Notes: generated from the sequence alone by a model not told the origin. A stretch of 32,000 nt of DNA from Alkanindiges illinoisensis DSM 15370 (GCF_000619845.1 NZ_JHUX01000007.1:150001-182000); one strand, 5' to 3'; counted from the stretch's first letter, positions 1 through 8,505 are shown. Numbers and translations: made by a program.

Positions 1-193
1 TAGAAAATGTGGAGATTTTTTGGAGACTGTTGAGTATCAGCCCACCTATAGGCTATTTGACAGTGAATTTTGTGTTAAGAGTAAAGCAAAGCAAATTATA
101 GAAATTATCTCTAAAAATGATTATTGTTCTCCTGGCAAAAGAGTAGAAGCTATCCAAAAAGCTGAGCTTAATTTCGCTGGGGTGAGTATCTGA
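1..193 (+). CDS. 3' end of an unidentified upstream CDS (partial, runs off the left edge)
   Basis: Frame 2 is open from the window edge to TGA 191-193 (...SPGKRVEAIQKAELNFAGVSI*). It ends 1 nt before the next ATG, so packing is operon-style. Composition is as AT-rich as the neighbouring genes. No family is recognisable from 63 aa. Confidence 0.4.
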   Translation, partial: RKCGDFLETVEYQPTYRLFDSEFCVKSKAKQIIEIISKNDYCSPGKRVEAIQKAELNFAGVSI

Positions 194-194
194 T

Positions 195-998
195 ATGTTC
201 TCAGTGGTAATACCTTTATACAACAAAGAGTTAAGTATTGAAAATACGATAAATTCTGTATTGGAGCAAACTTACCAAGACTTTGAAATCATTGTAGTGG
301 ATGATGGTTCCACTGATCAAAGTGCTCAGCTGATTGAAAGAATACAAGACCCTAGAATTCGTATCATTCACCAAGATAACCAAGGCGTTTCGGCGGCACG
401 CAATAGAGGAATAAAAGAGGCTAAACAAGAATGGATAGCGTTCTTGGATGGTGATGATTTATGGGAAAATGGTCATCTTGAAGAAATATGTAAGATGATG
501 AGCATGTTTCCAGATGAGAAAGTATTTGTAACCTCATTTGAATATTCTGACAAGAGGAAGACGTTTAAGCATCCACGAAATACTCCTATATTTAAGATAG
601 AAAATTATTTTAAAGAGGCAATTCAAGAAAGCCTCATATGGACAAGCATAGCTGTTATATCCAGAGAATGCTTTAGCAAAGTGGGTTATTTCAATAATAA
701 CTTAAATCGTGGAGAGGACTTAGACTTATGGGCGAGGCTGGCGAAGTATTACGCTATTATTAAATCTCAACGAGTAACAGCAATTTATAACCTTGAAGAT
801 AGTAAATCTCTAACAAAAACCAAGTCTCACTACCACAAGTCCATATTATCGATTATCTCTCTAAGAGACAAAAGCGGATATGAGAGGTCATATTTTAAAA
901 GAATGTTAATTAACCGCCTCAAGCTTGATTTAAAAACACTGGATATAGTGGGGTTTTTGAAAATTGTCATCAGACACAATGTTGAGTTGCTTAGGTAG
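195..998 (+). CDS. Family-2 (GT-A fold) glycosyltransferase
   Basis: 267-aa ORF with the classic GT2 N-terminus VVIPLYNKE...IIVVDDGSTD...NQGVSAARNRG...FLDGDDLW (DxD). It sits in a polysaccharide gene context. Confidence 0.9.
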   Translation: MFSVVIPLYNKELSIENTINSVLEQTYQDFEIIVVDDGSTDQSAQLIERIQDPRIRIIHQDNQGVSAARNRGIKEAKQEWIAFLDGDDLWENGHLEEICKMMSMFPDEKVFVTSFEYSDKRKTFKHPRNTPIFKIENYFKEAIQESLIWTSIAVISRECFSKVGYFNNNLNRGEDLDLWARLAKYYAIIKSQRVTAIYNLEDSKSLTKTKSHYHKSILSIISLRDKSGYERSYFKRMLINRLKLDLKTLDIVGFLKIVIRHNVELLR

Positions 999-1005
999 AA
1001 ACATC

Positions 1006-2043
1006 ATGAAGATAGCCATTCACCATAGAGAAGGCAGCTTCTCTGATCGTTGGATCACTTACTGTGAAAAGCAGGGCATTAACTATAAAATAGTAAATGC
1101 ATTTGATAGCAATATAATTCAACAAGTCGGCGACTGCGATGCCTTTATGTGGCACCACCACCATGGTCAATTCAAAGATGTGCTCACTGCTAAGCACATA
1201 TTATTTGCCCTAGAGCATGCTGGGGTAAAGGTATTTCCAGACTTTAATACAGGTTGGCATTTTGACGATAAGGTAGCGCAAAAGTATCTTCTTGAGGCTA
1301 TTGGGGCGCCGTTAGTACCAAGCTATGTATTTTACGATAAGCAAGAAGCCATAGATTGGGTTAATAAAACTTCTTTTCCCAAAGTATTTAAGCTCAAAGG
1401 TGGTGCTGGCTCTGCTAATGTAAAATTGATAAAAACTAAACAAGAAGCTAGGAGTCTTATTGAGCAAGCCTTTGGAAAAGGATTTTCACAGTTTGATAGA
1501 CTAACCGCATTTAGAGAGAGACTGCGAAGATTTAAAGAAGGAAAAGCAAATTTTGTAGATTTATTGAAAGGATTCATGAGGCTATTTATAACTACAAAGT
1601 TTGCTAAGCAACAACCACCTGAAAAAGGATATGTATATTTTCAGGATTTCTCTCCTAATTTAGACTCGGATATTCGGATTCAAATGATTGGGGGCAGAAT
1701 TTTTGGACTAAAAAGATTTGTTCGTGATGGTGACTTTAGAGCATCAGGTAGTGGAAATTTTATTGAATTCAATCCTGAAAATATAGATATAAGAATATTA
1801 AAAATAGCTCAACGATTAAATGAAAAGATTCAGTCATCCTGTTTAACAATAGATTTCATTTATATAAATGAAATTCCACATATTGTTGAGTTAAGTTATG
1901 GGTTTCCAGTAAAATTTTATGATAATTGTCTGGGTTATTGGGATAACGAATTAAATTGGCAAGAGGGTAAGTTTGAGCCCCAAGAATGGATGCTAAATGA
2001 TATTTTACATAAGCTTAAAATAAACAGAAAAAATATTATTTAA
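1006..2043 (+). CDS. ATP-grasp domain protein (carboxylate-amine ligase type) in the polysaccharide locus
   Basis: The ORF-track start 964 lies inside the GT2 gene. ATG 1006 (MKIAIHH...), 8 nt after the GT2 stop, is the likely start. The layout matches RimK/ATP-grasp ligases as I recall them: a pre-ATP-grasp N-domain, then FPKVFKLKGGAGSANVKLIKTKQEARSLIEQAF. Confidence 0.78.
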   Translation: MKIAIHHREGSFSDRWITYCEKQGINYKIVNAFDSNIIQQVGDCDAFMWHHHHGQFKDVLTAKHILFALEHAGVKVFPDFNTGWHFDDKVAQKYLLEAIGAPLVPSYVFYDKQEAIDWVNKTSFPKVFKLKGGAGSANVKLIKTKQEARSLIEQAFGKGFSQFDRLTAFRERLRRFKEGKANFVDLLKGFMRLFITTKFAKQQPPEKGYVYFQDFSPNLDSDIRIQMIGGRIFGLKRFVRDGDFRASGSGNFIEFNPENIDIRILKIAQRLNEKIQSSCLTIDFIYINEIPHIVELSYGFPVKFYDNCLGYWDNELNWQEGKFEPQEWMLNDILHKLKINRKNII

Positions 2044-2058
2044 AGGAATATTTGCGAT

Positions 2059-3513
2059 ATGTTTAACATTAGATATAATTTATTTATTATCCAATTACTT
2101 ACTTTTATACCCTTACTGTTTTTTTCTATTTTCTATTTTCTAGTTCCTAAAACTATAGATAAAAATCTTACTTTACTTTCTATAGGCATCTTTTTTTACT
2201 TTTTAGTTATTTATTTTTATTCTATATTTATTTGTAGAATGAGTAAGTATCCTTTCTCTTTAACATTACTTTTTATAATTTCATATTTTATTGTTTTTCT
2301 TCAACTGCCTGTTGATTTTTTATTAGGTTCTTATGAAGAAAGTTATATATTTGGGGTGATTTACGATTATAATTTATTGAATTTAAATGTGCTATATGCA
2401 ACAGTTTTTTTTGGTGCTGTTATCTTTGGTATTGTTCATCAGCTGGGAGTAAATATTAAAAATTATAGTTTAAACTCAATGGGAACATTAGAGAGAAAGC
2501 TATTGCCGCGGCAACCTTTTTTTGCAGCTTTTTATTTGTTTTTTGTACTACACCTTTTAACTATTGAGCCAAGCTATTACTTCGGTATGCATAAAGAGGA
2601 TCCAGATGGTATAGCAGGAAGTATATTAGGTTATTTTATAAGGATACTACCTATATGTTTTGGGGTGGTAATATATAATGCGAAAATACAAGGTGAACAA
2701 TATAGTTTTAAGAAATTTTTAAGCCTCTTTCCAAAATTATTTTTATTAATACTAGTTCTGTTCTCAGTTGGCACTTTTCTTGCAGGAGACAGAGGACCAG
2801 CGATTCGAGCTTTAATTCTTTTAGTTTTTAGTTTTTTTATTATTTCTAGAAAGAGTATATCTATTTTTTATTTTTTTATCCTTTTATTTATTGCAGGATA
2901 TTTTTTATCAATAATAAAACTAATTGGAGCTGTAGATTTTAGAAGTACTGATCTTTTACATGCCTTTTTGGATGCATTCAGTAGATTTCAAACATCGGAT
3001 AAGAACTCTTCAATAATACCATTCACAGCTGAACTATCTGCTTCTTTTCGTTCTTATTCAACTGCATTTAGCTTATGGTATAACGGCACCAGCTTATATG
3101 GTATATCAGTGTTAACAGGTATATTAATGTTTATACCTTTTGGTGTCTCTACTTTGATGCTTGTCACCGGGCTAAATAAGCAAGATATAAATGCTTCTTT
3201 TCTTATTACCTCATATACTCAGGAAAGTTACGGTTTAGGAAACTCCATTGTTGGTGATGCTCTACTTAATGTAGGATTTATCGGAGCTTTAATTTTAGCC
3301 TATTTTATAGGCCGACTATTCATTGCTTTTGATTTTGTATTTTATAAGCGTACAGGTAGTGTCTTTCTGTATGCTGTCGGATGTTATTTCTTGATGAACT
3401 CAGTAATATTAGCAAGAGGTTCTTTTTTTCCTCATCTTGGTAGTATATTTTTTATCTATTTATTTGTTTATATAGTATTACTTGTATCAAGCCGAATACG
3501 GCTAAGTAAGTAG
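2059..3513 (+). CDS. wzy: Oligosaccharide repeat-unit polymerase (Wzy-like), polytopic membrane protein
   Basis: 484 aa, extremely hydrophobic (F/I/L/Y-rich) with many predicted TM segments and one larger loop. It is the most AT-rich gene here and lies between glycosyltransferases, which is typical of Wzy. Wzy sequences are too divergent for a motif call, so the assignment rests on context and topology. Confidence 0.65.
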   Translation: MFNIRYNLFIIQLLTFIPLLFFSIFYFLVPKTIDKNLTLLSIGIFFYFLVIYFYSIFICRMSKYPFSLTLLFIISYFIVFLQLPVDFLLGSYEESYIFGVIYDYNLLNLNVLYATVFFGAVIFGIVHQLGVNIKNYSLNSMGTLERKLLPRQPFFAAFYLFFVLHLLTIEPSYYFGMHKEDPDGIAGSILGYFIRILPICFGVVIYNAKIQGEQYSFKKFLSLFPKLFLLILVLFSVGTFLAGDRGPAIRALILLVFSFFIISRKSISIFYFFILLFIAGYFLSIIKLIGAVDFRSTDLLHAFLDAFSRFQTSDKNSSIIPFTAELSASFRSYSTAFSLWYNGTSLYGISVLTGILMFIPFGVSTLMLVTGLNKQDINASFLITSYTQESYGLGNSIVGDALLNVGFIGALILAYFIGRLFIAFDFVFYKRTGSVFLYAVGCYFLMNSVILARGSFFPHLGSIFFIYLFVYIVLLVSSRIRLSK

Positions 3514-3831
3514 GAGTATTTTTTATGGTAATTAATTATTTTAAATATAATAAATTTTTTTTCTTATATAAGAAGTTAATAAATTTTATAATATATCAAA
3601 AACTTACTTGGTATCTAGGCTGCGGAATTAATAAAATGGATGAGATTAAAGGAGGTTTATCATCTAAATTTCCTAGCTTAAATCCTAGAATTTTGATTTT
3701 TCATAATCCTGTTTATTCAGTTATACTATATTATCTATAATAAATTAAGTATATATAAAAAAGTCAATCCTAGCGATATCTTGTACTTATGAGAAATTTA
3801 TCCAAATCTTTGTCTATGGCGTTAAAAAGCG

Positions 3832-4935
3832 ATGAAGTATAATTTTTTCTTTGCCTCACCTACTGCCGTTCTAGGAGGGGCAGAGCGTGTGATGTTTAAT
3901 ATAATAATGATGCTTTTAGAAGAAGGTCATCATGTTACCATGTATGTTATGTCGCGTGGTGAACAAGAAGGTTGGGATAAAATAAAAGATCATCCTAATC
4001 TAAATTTTATTGTTAAAAACTATGGTTCTGAGAAGACCTCATTACCTATGTTTTTGCTTAGCCTAATTTATCTAAGTTATAAAAATAATTATGACTTTTC
4101 TTTTTCATCACATACGCATGTAAATGGTGTATTAAGCTTTATGCGTAAGCTAGGACTTTTTAAAACAAAATACCTTATTAGCCGTGAATCAACTGTTATC
4201 TTTGAGCGCTTCTTTGGTTTATGGCGTTTTATTTTTAAGCTAATTTATAGGTTCATGTATGGTAAGCAAGATTTAATCATTTGCCAGACCGAAAGAATGG
4301 AAACTTCACTCATTGCTAACTTAGGTTATGCACCTGCTAAAGTTATTGAGGTATTTCCTAATCCCGTAAATCTAACTTATATCAGTGAGCAGCTTGCCAG
4401 TAGCCAGCTTGAAAAAAAGCCTTTTTCCACCTTAATCGTTGGCTGTGGCCGTTTAATTTCCTTAAAAAAATTTGATCATTTGATAATATCTTTCGCAAAT
4501 GTGGCAAGTGATTTTCCTAATACAGGATTAGTTATTATTGGTGATGGGCCTGAGCGTGAGAGTTTGGCTAAACTTGTAGAAACCCTAGATTTAACGGACA
4601 GAGTAATATTTACTGGAAAAATTAGTAATCCAATTCAGTGGTTTGCTAAAGCAGATATAGGGATAATTTCATCCGAAATAGAAGGTTTCCCGAATGTGCT
4701 TATTGAGATGATGGCCTCTGGATCAAAGCAAATTATTACGACACCGTGTACAGATGGGGTTAATTCTATACCTTATATATCTATTACACAGGATTGTTCA
4801 ATTGAAGCTATTGAAACGTCACTGAGGGCAAACTTAAAAAACCCAATAGATAATTCTTTCAACAATAAAGAATATATTAATCAAAACCGCTCTGTAGAAG
4901 CTTTTTGGCAAAAAGTTGAGGAACTTATTAAATAA
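3832..4935 (+). CDS. Family-4 (GT-B fold) glycosyltransferase
   Basis: 367 aa. N-terminus is FFFASPTAVLGGAERVM. The C-terminal half carries the GT4 E-x7-E region SSEIEGFPNVLIEMMASG. The stop overlaps the next ATG (TAATG at 4933-4937). Confidence 0.85.
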   Translation: MKYNFFFASPTAVLGGAERVMFNIIMMLLEEGHHVTMYVMSRGEQEGWDKIKDHPNLNFIVKNYGSEKTSLPMFLLSLIYLSYKNNYDFSFSSHTHVNGVLSFMRKLGLFKTKYLISRESTVIFERFFGLWRFIFKLIYRFMYGKQDLIICQTERMETSLIANLGYAPAKVIEVFPNPVNLTYISEQLASSQLEKKPFSTLIVGCGRLISLKKFDHLIISFANVASDFPNTGLVIIGDGPERESLAKLVETLDLTDRVIFTGKISNPIQWFAKADIGIISSEIEGFPNVLIEMMASGSKQIITTPCTDGVNSIPYISITQDCSIEAIETSLRANLKNPIDNSFNNKEYINQNRSVEAFWQKVEELIK

Positions 4936-6077
4936 TGAAATTTCTCTTAATCGCCAGCTATCCAGCTTCTATCCTAAAATTTCGCGGTGCCTTAATTAAA
5001 GCTCTGCAAAACGCTGGCTTTGAAATTCATATTGCTGCGCCAGAATTTAATCATTTCCCTGAAGAATTTAATGCTTTAAAGGCATTGGGCTACGCTGTCT
5101 ATGATATTCCCATGCAGCGTACAGGCACTAATCCCATTGCAGATGCAAAAACCTTATTTGCTCTATACCACTTGATGAAAAAGATTAAGCCGGATTATGT
5201 GATGGGCTATACCATTAAACCGGTTATTTATGGCGTATTGGCGGCAACTTTTGCTCGCGTCCCCAACCGGTTTGCCCTTATTACGGGTTTAGGCTATGCC
5301 TTTCAGGGTGCAGAAGAATTAAATTATAAAAAGACTAATTTGCAACGCTTGGTTCATCAGTTATATGCCACAGCATTATCCTCGACAAAAAAAGTATTTT
5401 TTCAAAATCCTGATGATCAGATGTTATTTAAAAAAATGGGAATCTTAAAAGATTCAGTTTCAAGTTTTGTCGTGAATGGATCTGGTGTAAATGTATTTGA
5501 GTATGCCGTAAAACCTTTTCCTACGAATAATAATCTACCCACACCAAAGTTTTTATTAATTGCCAGATTATTGGGTGATAAAGGCATACGTGAATATGCA
5601 CAAGCAGCTAAAATTATTAAAAATAAACACCCACAAATTCAATTTGATTTGGTTGGGTGGATTGATGATAACCCTAATGCAATTCGGCAAGATGAGCTTG
5701 ACGGTTGGATCAGCGAGGGGCTATTTCACTATTGGGGCAAGTTGAGTGATGTTAAGCCCGCTATTGCTGCTAGTTCCATTTATGTTTTGCCGTCTTATCG
5801 TGAAGGCACACCGCGGACTGTACTTGAAGCAATGGCCATGGGCAGACCAATTATTACTACGAATGCTCCCGGCTGCCGTGAAACGGTGATTGATGGCTAC
5901 AATGGTTATCTCATTCCTATAAAATCCGTCAGTGAGCTGGCTAACGCTATGGAAAAATTTATTCTTAATCCTGAACTTATTTATAAAATGGGTGCCGCTT
6001 CACGTAAATTTGCAGAAGAAAAGTTTGATGTTAATGCAGTCAATCAAACCATGCTAAGTGAAATGGGAATTTTATGA
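4935..6077 (+). CDS. Family-4 glycosyltransferase, probably adds the second sugar onto the diNAc-trideoxyhexose primer (PglA-like position)
   Basis: 380 aa with motif PSYREGTPRTVLEAMAMGRPIITTNAPGCRETVIDGYNGYL. It is translationally coupled (ATGA overlap 6074-6077) to the initiating transferase. Confidence 0.88.
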   Translation: MKFLLIASYPASILKFRGALIKALQNAGFEIHIAAPEFNHFPEEFNALKALGYAVYDIPMQRTGTNPIADAKTLFALYHLMKKIKPDYVMGYTIKPVIYGVLAATFARVPNRFALITGLGYAFQGAEELNYKKTNLQRLVHQLYATALSSTKKVFFQNPDDQMLFKKMGILKDSVSSFVVNGSGVNVFEYAVKPFPTNNNLPTPKFLLIARLLGDKGIREYAQAAKIIKNKHPQIQFDLVGWIDDNPNAIRQDELDGWISEGLFHYWGKLSDVKPAIAASSIYVLPSYREGTPRTVLEAMAMGRPIITTNAPGCRETVIDGYNGYLIPIKSVSELANAMEKFILNPELIYKMGAASRKFAEEKFDVNAVNQTMLSEMGIL

Positions 6078-6685
6078 TTAAGCGACTACTGGACATCATC
6101 ATTGCCTCAACCGCTTTGATTATCCTGTCACCTCTCTACATCTATGTAGCTTATAAAGTTAAAAAGAACTTGGGTTCACCAGTCTTATTCCGGCAAATTC
6201 GTCCGGGACTAGATGGTAAGCCCTTTGAAATGATTAAGTTTCGTACCATGCGTGATGCAGTGGATACACAGGGCAATCCCTTGCCAGACAGTGAGCGTTT
6301 AACGCCATTTGGTCAAATGCTGCGTTCTACCAGCCTTGATGAAATGCCAGAACTGTGGAATGTCATTAAAGGTGATATGAGTGTGGTCGGCCCGCGCCCA
6401 CTACTCATGGAGTATTTACCGCTTTATAATACTGAGCAGGCCAAACGCCATAATGTGCGTCCCGGTATGACTGGCCATGCACAGGTTAATGGCCGCAATG
6501 CCATTGGCTGGGATGAAAAATTTAAGCTGGATAGCTGGTATGTTGAAAATCAGTCAACATTACTCGATTTTAAGATCATGTTTAAAACCGTACATAAAGT
6601 GCTGTCAAAAGATGATATTAGCGCTGAAGGCGAAGCAACCATGAGCAAGTTCACGGGTTCAAATCCTGAGCAAAAAAATGATTAA
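6074..6685 (+). CDS. Small monotopic initiating phosphoglycosyl transferase (Bac_transf family; Campylobacter PglC / Acinetobacter ItrA type)
   Basis: 203 aa. KRLLDIIIASTALIILSP re-entrant helix, FRQIRPG, KFRTM, and DEMPELWNVIKGDMSVVGPRP are hallmark motifs of this family. The size fits the short PglC class. Confidence 0.93.
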   Translation: MIKRLLDIIIASTALIILSPLYIYVAYKVKKNLGSPVLFRQIRPGLDGKPFEMIKFRTMRDAVDTQGNPLPDSERLTPFGQMLRSTSLDEMPELWNVIKGDMSVVGPRPLLMEYLPLYNTEQAKRHNVRPGMTGHAQVNGRNAIGWDEKFKLDSWYVENQSTLLDFKIMFKTVHKVLSKDDISAEGEATMSKFTGSNPEQKND

Positions 6686-6689
6686 TACT
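6641..6689 (+). repeat. Copy 1 of a diverged 49-bp direct repeat (transferase 3' end plus a vestigial acetyltransferase start)
   Basis: Aligns without gaps to 7777-7825 at 41/49 positions (hand count). It encodes MSKFTGSNPEQKND*. It also contains ATG 6678, which opens only a 17-codon ORF (MINTFLYLPD...). Confidence 0.85.
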
Positions 6690-6720
6690 TTTTTATATTT
6701 GCCTGATTGCCTAACCATAA

Positions 6721-7821
6721 ATGATGACTGATAAAACGCATGCTGCATTAGCAACGCCACAGTTAACACATGAAGTAATTGAGTTAATTCATGCTGCCAA
6801 GCGACAAGCTGCCATAGCCGTTAATGCTGAGCTAACCCTGTTATATTGGCAGGTCGGGCAGCGGATCAGACAGGAAATATTGCAGGGTAGCCGTGCAGAT
6901 TATGGCAAACAGATTATTGGCAACTTATCCAAAAATTTAACTGAGCAATTTGGTAAGGGCTGGAGTAAGGCTCAACTGAATTATTGTGTAAGATTTGCAG
7001 AAATATATCAGGATAATGAGATTGTTCACGCAGTGCGTGAGCAGTTAAGCTGGACTCATTTTAAAACGCTTATATATATTGATGAGCCGCTAAAGCGTGA
7101 CTTTTATTTAACGATGGCAATACAGGAACGCTGGTCAACCCGGACTCTGGATGAGCGCATTGGCTCAATGCTATTTGAACGAACCGCTATTTCTAAACAA
7201 CCAGAACAAACGATTATTCACGAACTCGCACAATTAAGACAATCCGGTCAGGTTAACCCGGACTTGCTGCTTAAAGATCCCTACATTCTTGACTTTCTTG
7301 ATTTAAATGATCGTTATCTTGAAAAGGATCTGGAAGATGCAATTTTAAGGGATATTGAACAATTTCTTTTAGAGTTGGGTTCAGGATTTACATTTATTGC
7401 ACGGCAAAAACGTATCCAGATTGACGAAGATGATTTTTATATTGACTTGTTGTTTTATAACCGCAAATTAAAACGCCTGATTGCTATTGACTTAAAAACA
7501 GAAAAATTTCGACACTCCCATAAAAGTCAAATGGAACTGTATTTGCGCTGGCTTGCCAAATATGAACAGGAAAAAGATGAGAATCCACCGCTAGGGATTA
7601 TCTTGTGTTCATCTAAAAAGCATGAGCAAATTGAATTGCTGGATTTGGAACAATCGGATATCCATGTGGCGGAATACCTCACAGTATTGCCATCCAAGGA
7701 TATATTGCAACAACGCCTGCATCTCGCTATAGAACGTGCCAGACAACGTCTTTTACCTCAGGAGAAAGACACCATCATGAATAAGTTTACCGGTTCAAAG
7801 CCTGAGCAAGACAATGACTAA
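6721..7821 (+). CDS. DUF1016 / YhcG-family PD-(D/E)XK nuclease-domain protein, inserted in the sugar-biosynthesis module
   Basis: 366 aa. The N-terminal helical DUF1016-type region is LLYWQVGQRI...SWTHFKTL. The C-terminal restriction-endonuclease-like core is FYIDLLFYNRKLKRLIAIDLKTEKF (D...D-L-K). The last 14 aa duplicate the tail of the upstream transferase. Confidence 0.85.
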   Translation: MMTDKTHAALATPQLTHEVIELIHAAKRQAAIAVNAELTLLYWQVGQRIRQEILQGSRADYGKQIIGNLSKNLTEQFGKGWSKAQLNYCVRFAEIYQDNEIVHAVREQLSWTHFKTLIYIDEPLKRDFYLTMAIQERWSTRTLDERIGSMLFERTAISKQPEQTIIHELAQLRQSGQVNPDLLLKDPYILDFLDLNDRYLEKDLEDAILRDIEQFLLELGSGFTFIARQKRIQIDEDDFYIDLLFYNRKLKRLIAIDLKTEKFRHSHKSQMELYLRWLAKYEQEKDENPPLGIILCSSKKHEQIELLDLEQSDIHVAEYLTVLPSKDILQQRLHLAIERARQRLLPQEKDTIMNKFTGSKPEQDND

Positions 7822-7825
7822 TACT
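7777..7825 (+). repeat. Copy 2 of the diverged 49-bp direct repeat (nuclease 3' end plus the functional acetyltransferase start)
   Basis: Encodes MNKFTGSKPEQDND* and carries ATG 7814 (MTNTVYAIYGASG...). See copy 1. Confidence 0.85.
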
Positions 7826-8476
7826 GTTTATGCCATTTATGGGGCATCTGGTTGTGGCCGCAGTTTAATGCCAGTGGCACGCGAGCAATTGCAGCGAGAA
7901 GGACTTAAAGCAGAAATTTATTTTATTGATGACAGCTTGGAACAACCCAAAGAAATTAATGGACATACTGCATTAAATTATGCCGCGTTTAAAGTTTTAG
8001 AAGCACAAAATAAATTTGTCCAGATTGCCATTGCCAATAGTCATATCCGCCAAAAGTTAGCCCAGCAGCTTGAGCAGGATGGCATCCAATTATGGCAGGT
8101 TAAAGCCAGCAATGTAGTCATTATGGATCAGGTGGAAATTGGTGCAGGAGCAGCACTAAGCCCGTTTGTCACCCTGACCTCCAATATTAAAATTGGCAAA
8201 TGCTTTCATGCCAATTTGTATAGCTATGTTGAGCACGACTGCATTATTGGTGACTTTGTGACTTTTGCACCGGGAGTAAAGTGCAATGGCAACATCATCA
8301 TTGAAGACCATGCTTATATTGGAACAGGGGCCGTCATTAAACAGGGTACACCAGATAAGCCATTAATTATTGGTCAAGGGTCAGTTATTGGTATGGGTGC
8401 AGTAGTCACCAAAAGTGTGCCTGCTGGTATCACGGTGGTGGGAAATCCAGCCCGACCCTTGCGGAAGGAAGGTTAA
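7814..8476 (+). CDS. Amino-sugar N-acetyltransferase, left-handed beta-helix (PglD / NeuD / QhbA-like)
   Basis: 220 aa. The N-terminal Rossmann-like segment is YAIYGASGCGRS. The C-terminal hexapeptide repeats are IGDFVTFAPGVKCNGNIIIEDHAYIGTGAVIKQG...IGMGAVVTKSVPAGITVVGNPARP. The start overlaps the upstream stop by 8 nt. Confidence 0.9.
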   Translation: MTNTVYAIYGASGCGRSLMPVAREQLQREGLKAEIYFIDDSLEQPKEINGHTALNYAAFKVLEAQNKFVQIAIANSHIRQKLAQQLEQDGIQLWQVKASNVVIMDQVEIGAGAALSPFVTLTSNIKIGKCFHANLYSYVEHDCIIGDFVTFAPGVKCNGNIIIEDHAYIGTGAVIKQGTPDKPLIIGQGSVIGMGAVVTKSVPAGITVVGNPARPLRKEG

Positions 8477-8505
8477 TGTCAGGTTCTGACATCCTATGGC
8501 ACTAA

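Noticed and set aside
964-1005. N-terminal extensions proposed by the ORF track (964 for the ATP-grasp gene, 10624 for the dehydratase, TTG 24973 for the MFS, GTG 27054 for hns, TTG 21013 for the DsbC-like gene, GTG 14460 for the aidB-like gene).
   Set aside because: Each extension overlaps the upstream gene or uses a rare start codon. A downstream ATG with better spacing to an SD, or a family-typical N-terminus, exists in each case.
2404-2411. Homopolymer tracts of 7-8 nt in the AT-rich glycan genes, considered as phase-variation switches. Examples are T8 at 2404-2411 in wzy, several T7/A7 runs in wzy and the GT4 genes, and A8 at 25799-25806 in the MFS.
   Set aside because: Runs of this length are expected by chance in DNA that appears this AT-rich. 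None is unusually long, and there is no evidence of frameshifted alleles in this single sequence.
3525-3740. 71-aa ORF in the wzy-GT4 gap.
   Set aside because: Extremely AT-rich and low-complexity (K/N/F/Y/I), with no SD and no recognisable family. An ORF of this size is expected by chance where stop codons happen to be avoided. It is kept only as part of the intergenic-gap observation.
6690-7776. Looked for IS-like features around the nuclease insertion (terminal inverted repeats, transposase, integrase, attachment-site-like tRNA end).
   Set aside because: None found. The only repeat is the diverged 49-bp junction duplication, so it is not called a classical mobile element.
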